Translations under genes and position numbers: made by a program
NCBI GenBank assembly: GCA_034436915.1
Contig: DAOTUR010000700.1
Span: 1 to 33,089, forward strand
Source of the DNA: Anaerolineae bacterium
GTDB taxonomy: Bacteria; Chloroflexota; Anaerolineae; Aggregatilineales; Phototrophicaceae
Length of the DNA: 33,089 nucleotides
Reading direction: 5' to 3'
Shown here: positions 1 to 8,015 of the stretch, in pieces
Layout: each line of letters begins with the position of its first letter
Position numbering within the stretch: the stretch's first letter is position 1
Notes under the pieces: model-generated
The model's database searches: none
Told to the model about the DNA's origin: nothing
What the model saw: only the letters and a program-made list of their open reading frames with translations

Positions 1-190
1 CGACAGCGGACATGTCCGCCGCTTCCGAGGGGATGTAATGCAAATCCGTGCCTGCAACCGCTTGATCCGCATAGGTATTGGAAGAGGCAAAGACGAGTTT
101 CACCTGCGAATGTTTGGCAAGAATCTCAACCAGATCCAGCCCCGCATAGCCCGATGCGCCATAGACGCCGACGCGAATTTTTTCGACCAT
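1..190 (-). CDS. argC: N-acetyl-gamma-glutamyl-phosphate reductase (ArgC/LysY family); only the first ~63 codons, gene runs off the left edge
   Basis: Reverse-complement translation from CAT at 188-190 gives MVEKIRVGVYGASGYAGLDLVEILAKHSQVKLVFASSNTYADQ... The GASGYxG dinucleotide-binding motif just after the start is typical of ArgC/LysY. It is absent from the ORF track because it is truncated. Confidence 0.55.
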   Translation of the reverse strand, partial: MVEKIRVGVYGASGYAGLDLVEILAKHSQVKLVFASSNTYADQAVAGTDLHYIPSEAADMSAV

Positions 191-255
191 TGGGTGCCCC
201 TTTGTAGATGATCCCTGTGAGTCTCCTGCCGAGTGCTTGTCTGGCAAGAGGCATG

Positions 256-292
256 AAAAAACCCTGCTTCAATCTCGATTGAGGTCAGGGTT
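256..292 (-). terminator. Intrinsic-terminator-like hairpin plus U6 tract inside the argC leader (possible attenuator)
   Basis: The minus-strand RNA reads AACCCTGACCTCAATCGAGATTGAAGCAGGGTTTTTTCATG. Stems are CCCTG/CAGGG (262-266 with 286-290) and TCAATC/GATTGA (269-274 with 277-282), followed by six U (complement of A256-A261). It lies about 65 nt upstream of the argC ATG. Positions 353-361 are a perfect 9-nt complement of 281-289 and could form a competing helix. Confidence 0.35.
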
Positions 293-661
293 AGCCGTTT
301 GAATTGCAGTTGGCAGACACATCCTTAATTACAGGCAGCGCACAACCCCCGGCCTGACCTCATTCGTCAGCGGTTCACGGCGGGGCATCCTCGCACGCTT
401 GATCAACGGCATGTGTGATCGTTCCTTGTGTGTCGCACGCGACGAGTGTACGTCACTTTGCACAGGGCGTCAAGAAACCTATCTGGTACAAAACCCAAAG
501 TATTCTGGGAAGTCATTGTACAAAGTAGCCATCTGTATAGATTGCCTTTCTTTGCGTCCTTTGTGTCTTTGCGGTTCATTTGTATACGCCGTTGGAAAAA
601 TTGATTCCCTATCAAAACACAGACATTCCTTAACCAGGTGTAAAAACTTCTACACAGGTCG

Positions 662-690
662 TTGCATCACGGCCCAATGCCCTTTACGAT
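662..690 (+). promoter_or_regulatory. Candidate sigma-70-type promoter for the ABC-2 operon
   Basis: TTGCAT (662-667), a 17-nt spacer, then TACGAT (685-690), about 50 nt upstream of the ATG at 739. Motif match only. Confidence 0.25.
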
Positions 691-738
691 GAAGCCGAAC
701 AAAATGACCCATATATCATCCTAAAATTGAGATTGGTC

Positions 739-1659
739 ATGATTGAAGTTAAGCAGCTCGTCAAACGCTACGGGCCCGTCACGGCGCTGGACCAGATCTC
801 CTTCGAAGCCAAGTCCGGCGAGATTGTCGGCTTGCTCGGCGCGAACGGGGCAGGCAAAACGACCACCATGCGGATTCTTACGGGCTTCATGCCCCCCACC
901 GAAGGCACAGCCCGCATTGCAGGCTTCGATGTCATGACCGATTCGATGGAGGTGCGGCGGCGCGTAGGCTATCTGCCGGAGCGCGTGCCCGTCTATCTCG
1001 ATATGACCGTCGAAGGCTATGTAAAATTCTGGGCCAATCTGCGCGGCGTGAAGCACCCTAAAGACAGCGTGACCCGCGTCCTCCAGCGCTTTGATCTGCT
1101 GGATCGGCGCTATAAACTCGTTCGCAGCCTGTCAAAGGGCCTGCGCCAGCGGCTCGGCCTCGCGCAGGCGCTGGTGCATGATCCGCCCGTCATCATCCTC
1201 GATGAGCCGACCATCGGCATTGATGCCGAGCAGGTGATTGAGGTTCGGAACATCGTGCGGAGCCTGCGCGAACAGCATACCGTTCTGTTCAGCAGCCATA
1301 TCCTGACAGAAGTCGAGCAGGTGTGTGATCGCGTGGTGATTCTGCATCAGGGGCGCGTGATCGCCTCCGGCACAACCGATATTTTGAGCAAGCAAATCCA
1401 GCCCGGTACACATCTTTATGTGGCGTTGCAGGGCAAAAATAAAGGCGAAATTCGGGCGCTGCTGGAAAAACTGCCCGGTGTCACCAATGTGCGTGAGCAT
1501 GAGGCGGGCTTTATCCTCAGCAGCGCCCCCAACATTGATTTACGGGCGGCGGTCACGGATTTGATCGCCACACAGCGCCTGAGCCTGATGGAGATGCGCC
1601 CGATGGAAACCACCCTCGAAGACATTTTTCTCAATCTCGTGGGAAAGGGCAAGCGATGA
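739..1659 (+). CDS. ABC transporter ATP-binding protein, ABC-2/GldA-like
   Basis: Walker A GANGAGKTTT, signature LSKGLRQRLGLAQAL, Walker B VIILDEPT and H-loop SSHIL are all present. I prefer the ATG at 739 (MIEVKQLVKRYG, a classic ABC N-terminus) over the TTG at 727 in the ORF track. The stop overlaps the next start (ATGA at 1656-1659). Confidence 0.9.
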   Translation: MIEVKQLVKRYGPVTALDQISFEAKSGEIVGLLGANGAGKTTTMRILTGFMPPTEGTARIAGFDVMTDSMEVRRRVGYLPERVPVYLDMTVEGYVKFWANLRGVKHPKDSVTRVLQRFDLLDRRYKLVRSLSKGLRQRLGLAQALVHDPPVIILDEPTIGIDAEQVIEVRNIVRSLREQHTVLFSSHILTEVEQVCDRVVILHQGRVIASGTTDILSKQIQPGTHLYVALQGKNKGEIRALLEKLPGVTNVREHEAGFILSSAPNIDLRAAVTDLIATQRLSLMEMRPMETTLEDIFLNLVGKGKR

Positions 1660-2381
1660 GAGCGATTGGATTTATTGTGCGGCGTGAACTGGGGCAGTAT
1701 TTCGCCTCGCCGCTGGCTTATGTGATTGCCGCCGCCTTCCTCATTCTGACGGGCATTCAATTCAACAATGATCTCGCGTTGAGCATCACCAAGCGGCCCG
1801 TCAATCCCGCCCTGATTCCTGATCTGCTGGCCCAGATGCTGATCCTGCTTGCGCCGCTGCTCACCATGCGGCTGCTGGCCGAAGAAAGCCGCGAAGGGAC
1901 GATTGAACTGCTGCTCACGGCTCCTATCAGCGACACCAGCATTGTCATCGGCAAATTTCTGGGCGCATGGATTTACTACACCTTCCTGCTGCTGCTCACC
2001 CTTCCCTATCAATTCATCCTGGTCAACATCTCCTCGCCCGATATCTCGCACACGTTTGCCGCCTATCTGGGCATCTGGCTCTATGGCGGCGCAACGCTGG
2101 CGGTGGGCCTGATGTTCTCGGCCATGACGGAAAATCAGATTGTGGCAGCGTTTTTGAGCATGATTACGCTCATGACGCTGTATCTGGGCGAGAGCGTGGG
2201 CCAGATCGTCGCCAATACCGATCTCGCCGCGTTTATCTTCAATCTTGTGCTGCGCGGCCATTACGCCCCGTCATTCGCGGTGGGGGTTGTGCGGGCCGAA
2301 GACATCATCTATTTTGTGGGCATGATGACGATCATGCTGTTTATTGCTATTCGTTTGCTTGAATCGCGGAGGTGGCGCTAA
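1656..2381 (+). CDS. ABC-2 family permease (GldF-like)
   Basis: A 241-aa protein with about 6 hydrophobic helices, translationally coupled on both sides (ATGA upstream, TAATG downstream). It sits between the ATPase and the GldG-like gene, as in GldA/F/G-type operons. Confidence 0.8.
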   Translation: MRAIGFIVRRELGQYFASPLAYVIAAAFLILTGIQFNNDLALSITKRPVNPALIPDLLAQMLILLAPLLTMRLLAEESREGTIELLLTAPISDTSIVIGKFLGAWIYYTFLLLLTLPYQFILVNISSPDISHTFAAYLGIWLYGGATLAVGLMFSAMTENQIVAAFLSMITLMTLYLGESVGQIVANTDLAAFIFNLVLRGHYAPSFAVGVVRAEDIIYFVGMMTIMLFIAIRLLESRRWR

Positions 2382-4033
2382 TGCAGCGACGTAACGTCGC
2401 CCTCTCGCGGGGGCAAATCGGACAACTCGGCAGTATCGTCGGCGGACTGGGCCTGCTCATCGGGCTTCTGGGCGCAATCTGGCAGGGCGGCATCACACCG
2501 GCGGTCATCGGGCTGCTGGCACTGGGTATTGTAGGCTTGGCGCTCTGGTACAGCATGACGCCGCAGGATGTCAAAGCCTTTGTGCAGGGACGGCAAACGC
2601 GCTACAGCACGCTGGCCTTTTTCAGCACGCTCATCATGATTGGCATTGTGACGCTGGCCTATATCTTTGTGCGGCGCGAATCGATCATCGCTGATTCGAC
2701 GACTGATTATCGCTTCACGCTCAGTCCGCAGACGCATGACCTGCTCAGGCAGTTTGAGCGCACGCCCAATCGCGTTGAGATCACGGCCTTCTATTTTGCC
2801 ACAGACGTGGTGAATCGTGAGATCGACGATCAATACTATCAACTCTATGAATCAGCCTCAAATGGTCGTGTCTACCGCCACCTCGTCGATCCGGTGGCTG
2901 ATCCGGCCTTCACCGAGCGCTATAAAGACATCCTCAATCAAGGCATTCACGTCTTCGTCTCGTATGTCGATGAAACGGATAGCATCATCCCCGGCACGAC
3001 GATCCCCGTCGATCTCACAGATCGCCAGGAGTATGATCTTTCCCAGTCGCTGCGCCAGCTTCTGGCCGCTGGCCGCTTCAAAGTCTACTTTGATACGGGC
3101 GCAGATGAGCCTGATCCCACCTCGAACGCGCAGCAGGGATTTTCGCTCATTAACGGCTATCTCCGCACCAACGGCATCGTAACCGCGCCGCTGAATATCG
3201 CCAATATTGCGGCGTCACAGGGGCAGATTCCCACTGACACGGCGGCTCTCGTGATCGCCCAACCCCGCCGCGATTTTCAGCCCGCAGAGGTCGCGGTGCT
3301 GGATGCTTATCTCAAACGCGGCGGTGCGCTCTTCATTGCCGCCGATGCCTTCCTGAACAACACGCCATTTCTGGGCGCAGAGACCAGCCCGTTTAACGCC
3401 TATCTCTGGAATAACTTTGGGCTGCGGATGAGCAATGCCATCATCGCTGATCCCGCGTCGAGTCTGCAAACACCGCTGGATGTCATCGGGGCCGCCGCTT
3501 ATGCTGACAATGCGATTGGGCGCAATCTCAATATCGAAGGCGATCCCAACAGCCGCACACAGTTCCGTATTACTCGCGCCGTCGAGGTCGATTCAACGCC
3601 GCCCGTGACCAATGGCAGCGTCCTGATGACGACAGACAAAGCCTGGGGCGAAACCGATCTCGAAGCGCTCTTCAGCCGCAGCGAATACACCTTTGATCCA
3701 GCGAAAGATGTCCCTGGCCCGCTCACGCTGGTGGCCTGGGCGCACAATCAGCAAACCAATGCCAAAATTGTCATGGTGGGCGATGGGGATTTCATGACGA
3801 ATGGTATGGTTTCATCCCCCGGCGGCAATGCCCTGCTCGTGCTGGACAGCATCGGCTGGATGACAGGCTATACCGAGGCCGTTTCGTTCCAACCCAAAGC
3901 TTACCAGACTGTGCCGATGATCTTCGTCGGCGGTCAGATGCTGGATCAAATTGCCTTTTTCACGCTGATCATCATGCCCGGACTTATGTTCGCGCTGGCG
4001 ATTGGCGTGTATCTCCGCCGTACGCGGCGCTAG
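2381..4033 (+). CDS. GldG-like ABC-transporter auxiliary protein (ABC_transp_aux-type)
   Basis: N-terminal TM helices, a large extracytoplasmic domain, the VMVGDGDFMTNGM motif typical of GldG-family proteins, and a C-terminal TM helix followed by RRTRR. The start is ATG 2381 (1-nt overlap with the upstream TAA); GTG 2372 is an alternative. Confidence 0.75.
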   Translation: MQRRNVALSRGQIGQLGSIVGGLGLLIGLLGAIWQGGITPAVIGLLALGIVGLALWYSMTPQDVKAFVQGRQTRYSTLAFFSTLIMIGIVTLAYIFVRRESIIADSTTDYRFTLSPQTHDLLRQFERTPNRVEITAFYFATDVVNREIDDQYYQLYESASNGRVYRHLVDPVADPAFTERYKDILNQGIHVFVSYVDETDSIIPGTTIPVDLTDRQEYDLSQSLRQLLAAGRFKVYFDTGADEPDPTSNAQQGFSLINGYLRTNGIVTAPLNIANIAASQGQIPTDTAALVIAQPRRDFQPAEVAVLDAYLKRGGALFIAADAFLNNTPFLGAETSPFNAYLWNNFGLRMSNAIIADPASSLQTPLDVIGAAAYADNAIGRNLNIEGDPNSRTQFRITRAVEVDSTPPVTNGSVLMTTDKAWGETDLEALFSRSEYTFDPAKDVPGPLTLVAWAHNQQTNAKIVMVGDGDFMTNGMVSSPGGNALLVLDSIGWMTGYTEAVSFQPKAYQTVPMIFVGGQMLDQIAFFTLIIMPGLMFALAIGVYLRRTRR

Positions 4034-4061
4034 AGGCGCATCGCCTGATTGAGAGAGTCCG

Positions 4062-4667
4062 ATGACACAACGCAATTCGATGTTTGTTCTTCTTGGAGTG
4101 TTTATCGCGCTGCTGGGGCTGGTGGCATGGCAAACGAGCCGTACATCCACACCCCTTGTGCCTACCCCCATCAAGGATGTGCAGGATACGCCCAACCGCC
4201 TCTTTACATGGCGCACGGAGGAGATGCAAGCCTTCAGCATCCGTGATCCGTATACAGGGGCAACATTGAGCTTTCAGCGCGATAACAGCGGCCAGTGGCA
4301 GTTTCTTGAGATGCCGGATGCCATTCCTGATCAGCAGGGGGTTGATCGTATGGCCCTGACGGTCTCCATCCTGCCCTATCGGGAGCTGCTGGATAAGGTC
4401 AAAGCGGCGGATTACCCCACCTTTGGCCTCACCCAGACCAACGCCTTTCTCATCGTGATTGCGCTGCTCAAAAATGGCGAGCAGCACACGATCATTATTG
4501 GCGATGTGGCTCCCGGCGGTGCAGCGCATTATGCGCTGGTGGATGATCGCGCCGGGGTGTATACGATTGATGCCCGCCCGGTTGCCTTTCTGGTCTCGAT
4601 GCTCAAGCAGGTCTACGAGCCAACGCCTGTTCCCACGCAGGAGGCAACGGCAGCCGCCACCCCGTGA
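4062..4667 (+). CDS. DUF4340-like single-pass membrane protein
   Basis: Its N-terminal TM helix (MFVLLGVFIALLGLVAWQ), its size and its position right after a GldG-like gene match the usual GldG-DUF4340 pairing. No catalytic motifs seen. Confidence 0.55.
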   Translation: MTQRNSMFVLLGVFIALLGLVAWQTSRTSTPLVPTPIKDVQDTPNRLFTWRTEEMQAFSIRDPYTGATLSFQRDNSGQWQFLEMPDAIPDQQGVDRMALTVSILPYRELLDKVKAADYPTFGLTQTNAFLIVIALLKNGEQHTIIIGDVAPGGAAHYALVDDRAGVYTIDARPVAFLVSMLKQVYEPTPVPTQEATAAATP

Positions 4668-4701
4668 TGATTCGTAGCGCCTAAACCTGAATTTTTCTCT
4701 T

Positions 4702-4803
4702 GACCCTCACCCCAACCCCTCTCCCACTTCGCGGTAGAGGGGCTTTTGACTCCACTCCCCGCCTCGCCCCTTGTGGGGAGTGGATAGCCGGGTGGTGAGG
4801 GGT
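4702..4803. repeat. ~100-nt Y-shaped (three-helix) GC-rich structured repeat element
   Basis: The outer stem is CCCTCACC (4704-4711) with GGTGAGGG (4794-4801). Arm 1 is CCCCTCT (4716-4722) with AGAGGGG (4736-4742). Arm 2 is TCCACTCCCC (4751-4760) with GGGGAGTGGA (4775-4784). A shorter inverted homolog lies at 32841-32899. Confidence 0.6.
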
Positions 4804-4938
4804 AGAATCAGCAGACCAATCCAGAATTGAGGTCATAACAGATAATCATCCTTGTTTCCTAATATAAATAATCCCTGAGTTTTTGCCACACTCAGAGGTG
4901 AATCGCAGTACTATCCTATAAACAGCGATATTCTGACA

Positions 4939-4977
4939 AAAGAGGTCACACGGGGAGATGACTGCTGTGACCTCTTT
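4939..4977. other. Perfect 12-bp hairpin of unknown function in the rpoD upstream region
   Basis: AAAGAGGTCACA (4939-4950) pairs perfectly with TGTGACCTCTTT (4966-4977) around a 15-nt loop. On the minus strand it is followed by TTTTGT; on the plus strand there is no clear U tract. Confidence 0.4.
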
Positions 4978-5036
4978 GTGTCTCAGGCAGGATTAGGAGG
5001 CGGTTGGAAACCTATATGAGAAATGTGTTGCGCTGC

Positions 5037-5065
5037 TTGACAGAAGATAAGATTCGGGTTAAGGT
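5037..5065 (+). promoter_or_regulatory. Candidate promoter upstream of rpoD
   Basis: TTGACA (5037-5042), a 17-nt spacer, then TAAGGT (5060-5065). A second perfect TATAAT lies at 5131-5136 without a good -35. Motif match only. Confidence 0.25.
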
Positions 5066-5333
5066 GTATTTCTGCGTTTGGGATGACCCGTGCGACATCC
5101 CTGCAAGATCCACCTAACGATTTACGTGCATATAATATTTTAGATGTATCCTCAGAGAGACGTGGTGACACGCCTTGAGGATTGCAGCAGTGTCTCATAC
5201 GGCCAAAATTCGGCCCACGACTCGTATTTTGTACGCAGCGTGTCATACTATTGAGACTTTTAACCCTGTGATCAATCTTTCGCCCTCTTTAGCCAGGGCG
5301 TTCCTGTTGCAGCGAGTAAAGGTGTGTGGTGTC

Positions 5334-6593
5334 ATGAGCGTGGTGCAGATGACGATGCAGAAAGACCAGTTACGTCTCCAACTTACAGAAAAAGCGAACC
5401 GTAAAGGCTTCATCACCTATGATGATATCCTGGCGGCTCTGCCTGATGTCGAGCGGGATGTTGCCCTCCTCGACGAAATCATGGATGATTTGCTCGATGC
5501 TGGCATCCAGATTGTCTCTGGTTCCGGCAATATTCACGACGTCAGTGAAGAAGCTTTGACGGCTGAACCCGAAATCGGCCCGCGTGACGAAGACCTTGAG
5601 GAAGAAGACCTCAATTTCGATCTCGCGCAGTTGTCGGATCTCATCAACGATGCAGGGTATCAGCAGGCGCTTGATACCGATGATGTGGTCGGGCTGTATC
5701 TCAAAGAAGCCGGACGTGTTCCGCTGCTCACCGCCGAAGAAGAAGTCACATTGGCGAAGCGCATGGAAGCTAATGTCTGGGCGAAGGCGCGTCTGGCGCA
5801 GGCCGACGAAGACACCCTGCCCTGGTCAGAAGAGCAGTCTCTGCGCCAGTTGGTGGCCGATGGCGACGCGGCACAGGAACATCTCATTCGCGCCAATGCC
5901 CGTCTCGTCATCAGTGTGGCGAAGAAATACATTGGGCGCGGCGTCCCCTTCCTTGATCTGATCCAGGAAGGCAATATTGGCCTCATTCGCGCCACTAACA
6001 AATTTGAATATCAGCGTGGACACAAGTTCAGCACGTATGCGACATGGTGGATTCGCCAGGCCGTCAGCCGTGCCGTCGCCGATCAGGGCCGCACCATCCG
6101 CGTGCCTGTCCACATGGGCGACCAACTGAACCGGATGCGCCGCGTCCAGCTCCAACTGCTGCAAGAATTGGGCCGCGACCCCAAAATTGAAGAACTGGCT
6201 ATCGGCATGGAGACGACCCCCGACAAGGTGGAAAACCTGTTGGAGATCAGCCGCCGCCCGGTCAGCCTTGAGACGCCGATTGATGATGAAGGCGACTCGA
6301 CCTTTGGCGATTTCGTCGAAGATGCGTCCAGCCCCGCCCCGGCGGAAGAGGTCGCCAACCATCTGCTGCAAGAGCAAATTCAGCAGGCGCTGGACAAGCT
6401 GCCCTCGCGTGAAGCACAGATTCTGCGTTTGCGCTACGGTCTGGCCGATGGCCGCGTCTACACGCTGGAAGAAGTCGGGCAGACGATTGGTGTCACCCGC
6501 GAACGTGTGCGTCAATTAGAAGCTCAGGCCCTAAACCGCCTGCGTCAGTCCTCCGCGCATGTGATTTTGCGCGATTACCTGTTCGAGAGCTAA
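5334..6593 (+). CDS. rpoD: RNA polymerase primary sigma factor (group 1, RpoD/SigA)
   Basis: Region 1.1 is [14 protein letters not shown] and region 1.2 is [23 protein letters not shown]. Region 2 is [16 protein letters not shown]...[41 protein letters not shown]. Region 4 is [32 protein letters not shown] 5334 ([11 protein letters not shown]) is preferred; the ORF-track extension from 5175 has no sigma-like sequence. Confidence 0.9.
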   Translation: MSVVQMTMQKDQLRLQLTEKANRKGFITYDDILAALPDVERDVALLDEIMDDLLDAGIQIVSGSGNIHDVSEEALTAEPEIGPRDEDLEEEDLNFDLAQLSDLINDAGYQQALDTDDVVGLYLKEAGRVPLLTAEEEVTLAKRMEANVWAKARLAQADEDTLPWSEEQSLRQLVADGDAAQEHLIRANARLVISVAKKYIGRGVPFLDLIQEGNIGLIRATNKFEYQRGHKFSTYATWWIRQAVSRAVADQGRTIRVPVHMGDQLNRMRRVQLQLLQELGRDPKIEELAIGMETTPDKVENLLEISRRPVSLETPIDDEGDSTFGDFVEDASSPAPAEEVANHLLQEQIQQALDKLPSREAQILRLRYGLADGRVYTLEEVGQTIGVTRERVRQLEAQALNRLRQSSAHVILRDYLFES

Positions 6594-6599
6594 CCGCCT

Positions 6600-7391
6600 G
6601 TGGCCCGTGTAACCCCGCGTGCAATAGGGCCGCTCCTCCTCCCCCTCATTCTTATAGGGATTGGGGGGGTGGCGCTTTTGCAAAATTTTCTCGTGCTGCC
6701 TGCCTTCAATCTCACGATCATCCTCCCCCTGCTGCTAATTGTGGCCGGGGGCGTTGTGTTGTGGCGCGGTGATCTCGTCCTGAACAGCGAATCGCGCCCG
6801 TTTGGGATTACACGCGGCAGCAGCGAAAATGCCTCGCTCGAAGTCAATGCGGCGGAAGTCGATGTGACGCTGCACTCCCTGGAGACGCCGGAGCGCCTCA
6901 TTGCGGGTCATTATGCTGTCAATACCCGCCCTGAACTGGTCGTGGATGGCAGGCGTGTACTGCTGCGCTTTGATCGCGCCCGCACGCCTTGGTATGCTCA
7001 ATCCGATTGGGAGCTGATCCTTGCGCCGCGTCTGCCCTGGCAGATCGTCATGAGCGCCTCATTGGGCCAGATTCGCGCCGATCTGAGTTCGCTCGTCATC
7101 GATAAAGCCCTCATCAGCACAGGCATCGGGCATATTCACCTCATCGCCCCACATGAGGCCGTGAGCGCGATTGCTCTCAAATCGACAGCGGGTGATATTC
7201 ATGTGGTCACGCCGCCCGAAGGACGAACGCGCATTACCGTTCTGGCAAGTCGACTCTTTGGCATCCATGTGGACGAATCGCGCTACGAGATCGAATCGCC
7301 CGGCGTGTATGTGGCCCGCAGCGCCGATCCGCAGCAACCTCTGGTCGAGATCGTCGTCAGCGGCACAACGGGCGATGCGTATCTCAGCTAA
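6600..7391 (+). CDS. LiaF-like / toast-rack (DUF4097-like) membrane protein
   Basis: Two N-terminal TM helices (LLLPLILIGIGGVALL and IILPLLLIVAGGVVLW) are followed by a beta-rich C-terminal domain with repeated short strands (VDVTLHS, VLLRFD, IRADLSS, GHIHLIA, GDIHVVT, ITVLAS, IVVSGTTGDAYLS). The GTG start is 6 nt after the rpoD stop. The family assignment is by resemblance only. Confidence 0.5.
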   Translation: MARVTPRAIGPLLLPLILIGIGGVALLQNFLVLPAFNLTIILPLLLIVAGGVVLWRGDLVLNSESRPFGITRGSSENASLEVNAAEVDVTLHSLETPERLIAGHYAVNTRPELVVDGRRVLLRFDRARTPWYAQSDWELILAPRLPWQIVMSASLGQIRADLSSLVIDKALISTGIGHIHLIAPHEAVSAIALKSTAGDIHVVTPPEGRTRITVLASRLFGIHVDESRYEIESPGVYVARSADPQQPLVEIVVSGTTGDAYLS

Positions 7392-7451
7392 TCCCCTGTA
7401 AAATAAATTGAGAAGACCTTAGTCATTGTCCCCCTGTGAGGCCGTTTTCTC

Positions 7452-8006
7452 ATGCCTGAACTCAGTTTGCTCATCCGCGATGGCATCGCCAGTGATGTCG
7501 AGGCGTGTCTGGCCCTGGATCACTCCTACGAGACAGATGCCGTCTGGCAAATGACGCTTCAGCCCGATCCCAGCGGCTGGCATATTACCTTTCGTGTGGA
7601 ACGGCTCCCACGCACAATTCCCGCCCAATACACCCCGCAGGCGGCCACGCTGGAACGTGCACTTGCGGCGGATCAATGCCTGCTGGTGGCGACCACACGC
7701 GGCGAGACGCCTGAGATCATCGGCTATCTGTCGCTGAATTACCAAGCGGTTGAGGGGATTGCCTTGATTCAGAATGTCGTCGTCGCCAAAGATTATCGAC
7801 GACTGGGCATCGGCAAACGGCTCGTCAATGTGGCGCGGCGCTGGGCCACCGAGCAAACGGCCCACACCTTGATGATGGAAGTCCAGACGCGCAATATGCC
7901 GGGAATCCAATTCTGTCAAAGTGTGGGCTTGACGTTTTGTGGCTTCAACGATCATTATTTCACACATCACGAGATCGCCGTCTTCTTTGCTCAAGCCTTG
8001 CGATAG
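7452..8006 (+). CDS. GNAT family N-acetyltransferase
   Basis: The acetyl-CoA binding motif VVVAKDYRRLGIGKRLV (R-x-x-G-x-G) is present. The ~184-aa size and the beta-alpha pattern are typical of GNAT. Confidence 0.85.
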   Translation: MPELSLLIRDGIASDVEACLALDHSYETDAVWQMTLQPDPSGWHITFRVERLPRTIPAQYTPQAATLERALAADQCLLVATTRGETPEIIGYLSLNYQAVEGIALIQNVVVAKDYRRLGIGKRLVNVARRWATEQTAHTLMMEVQTRNMPGIQFCQSVGLTFCGFNDHYFTHHEIAVFFAQALR

Positions 8007-8015
8007 CTCACACAC

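Noticed and set aside
480-520. A possible T-box motif upstream of argC (minus strand TTTGGGTTTTGTACCAGAT, against the T-box consensus GGGTGGTACCGCG).
   Set aside because: Only a partial match (GG..T.GTACC). It lies about 200 nt from the terminator hairpin, whereas a true T-box sequence forms the antiterminator directly overlapping the terminator 5' arm.
399-692. Two ORFs (97 aa on +, and 70 aa on - at 403-615) in the argC/ABC divergent intergenic region.
   Set aside because: They mutually overlap, give Cys/Arg-rich odd sequences, and lack an SD or sensible start context. The region is better explained as leader and promoter DNA.
1416-2261. A 281-aa minus-strand ORF, and similar antisense ORFs over the ABC operon, rpoD, the regulator, ftsK and the GT gene (721-1056, 2378-2842, 3984-4529, 5826-6515, 7419-8051, 8148-8582, 12147-12863, 12954-13541, 13843-14514).
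   Set aside because: They overlap genes carrying unambiguous family motifs on the opposite strand. They have no recognisable motifs and show biased Arg/His/Gln composition, so they are shadow ORFs.
4983-5246. An 87-aa minus-strand ORF ending right next to the 4939-4977 hairpin, which could look like a small gene with its terminator.
   Set aside because: The translation ([24 protein letters not shown]...) has no coding-like features or motifs, and it sits across the candidate rpoD promoters. I kept only the hairpin as an observation.
5175-5333. N-terminal extensions offered by the ORF track: rpoD from 5175, the ABC ATPase from 727, ftsK from 11331, the GT gene from 13996, and psuG from 31815.
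   Set aside because: The extensions use non-ATG starts or have no family-like sequence, and they run through repeats or terminators (13996 is inside a palindrome; 31815 overlaps the giant-gene terminator). Internal ATGs give canonical N-termini and, where visible, better SD spacing.
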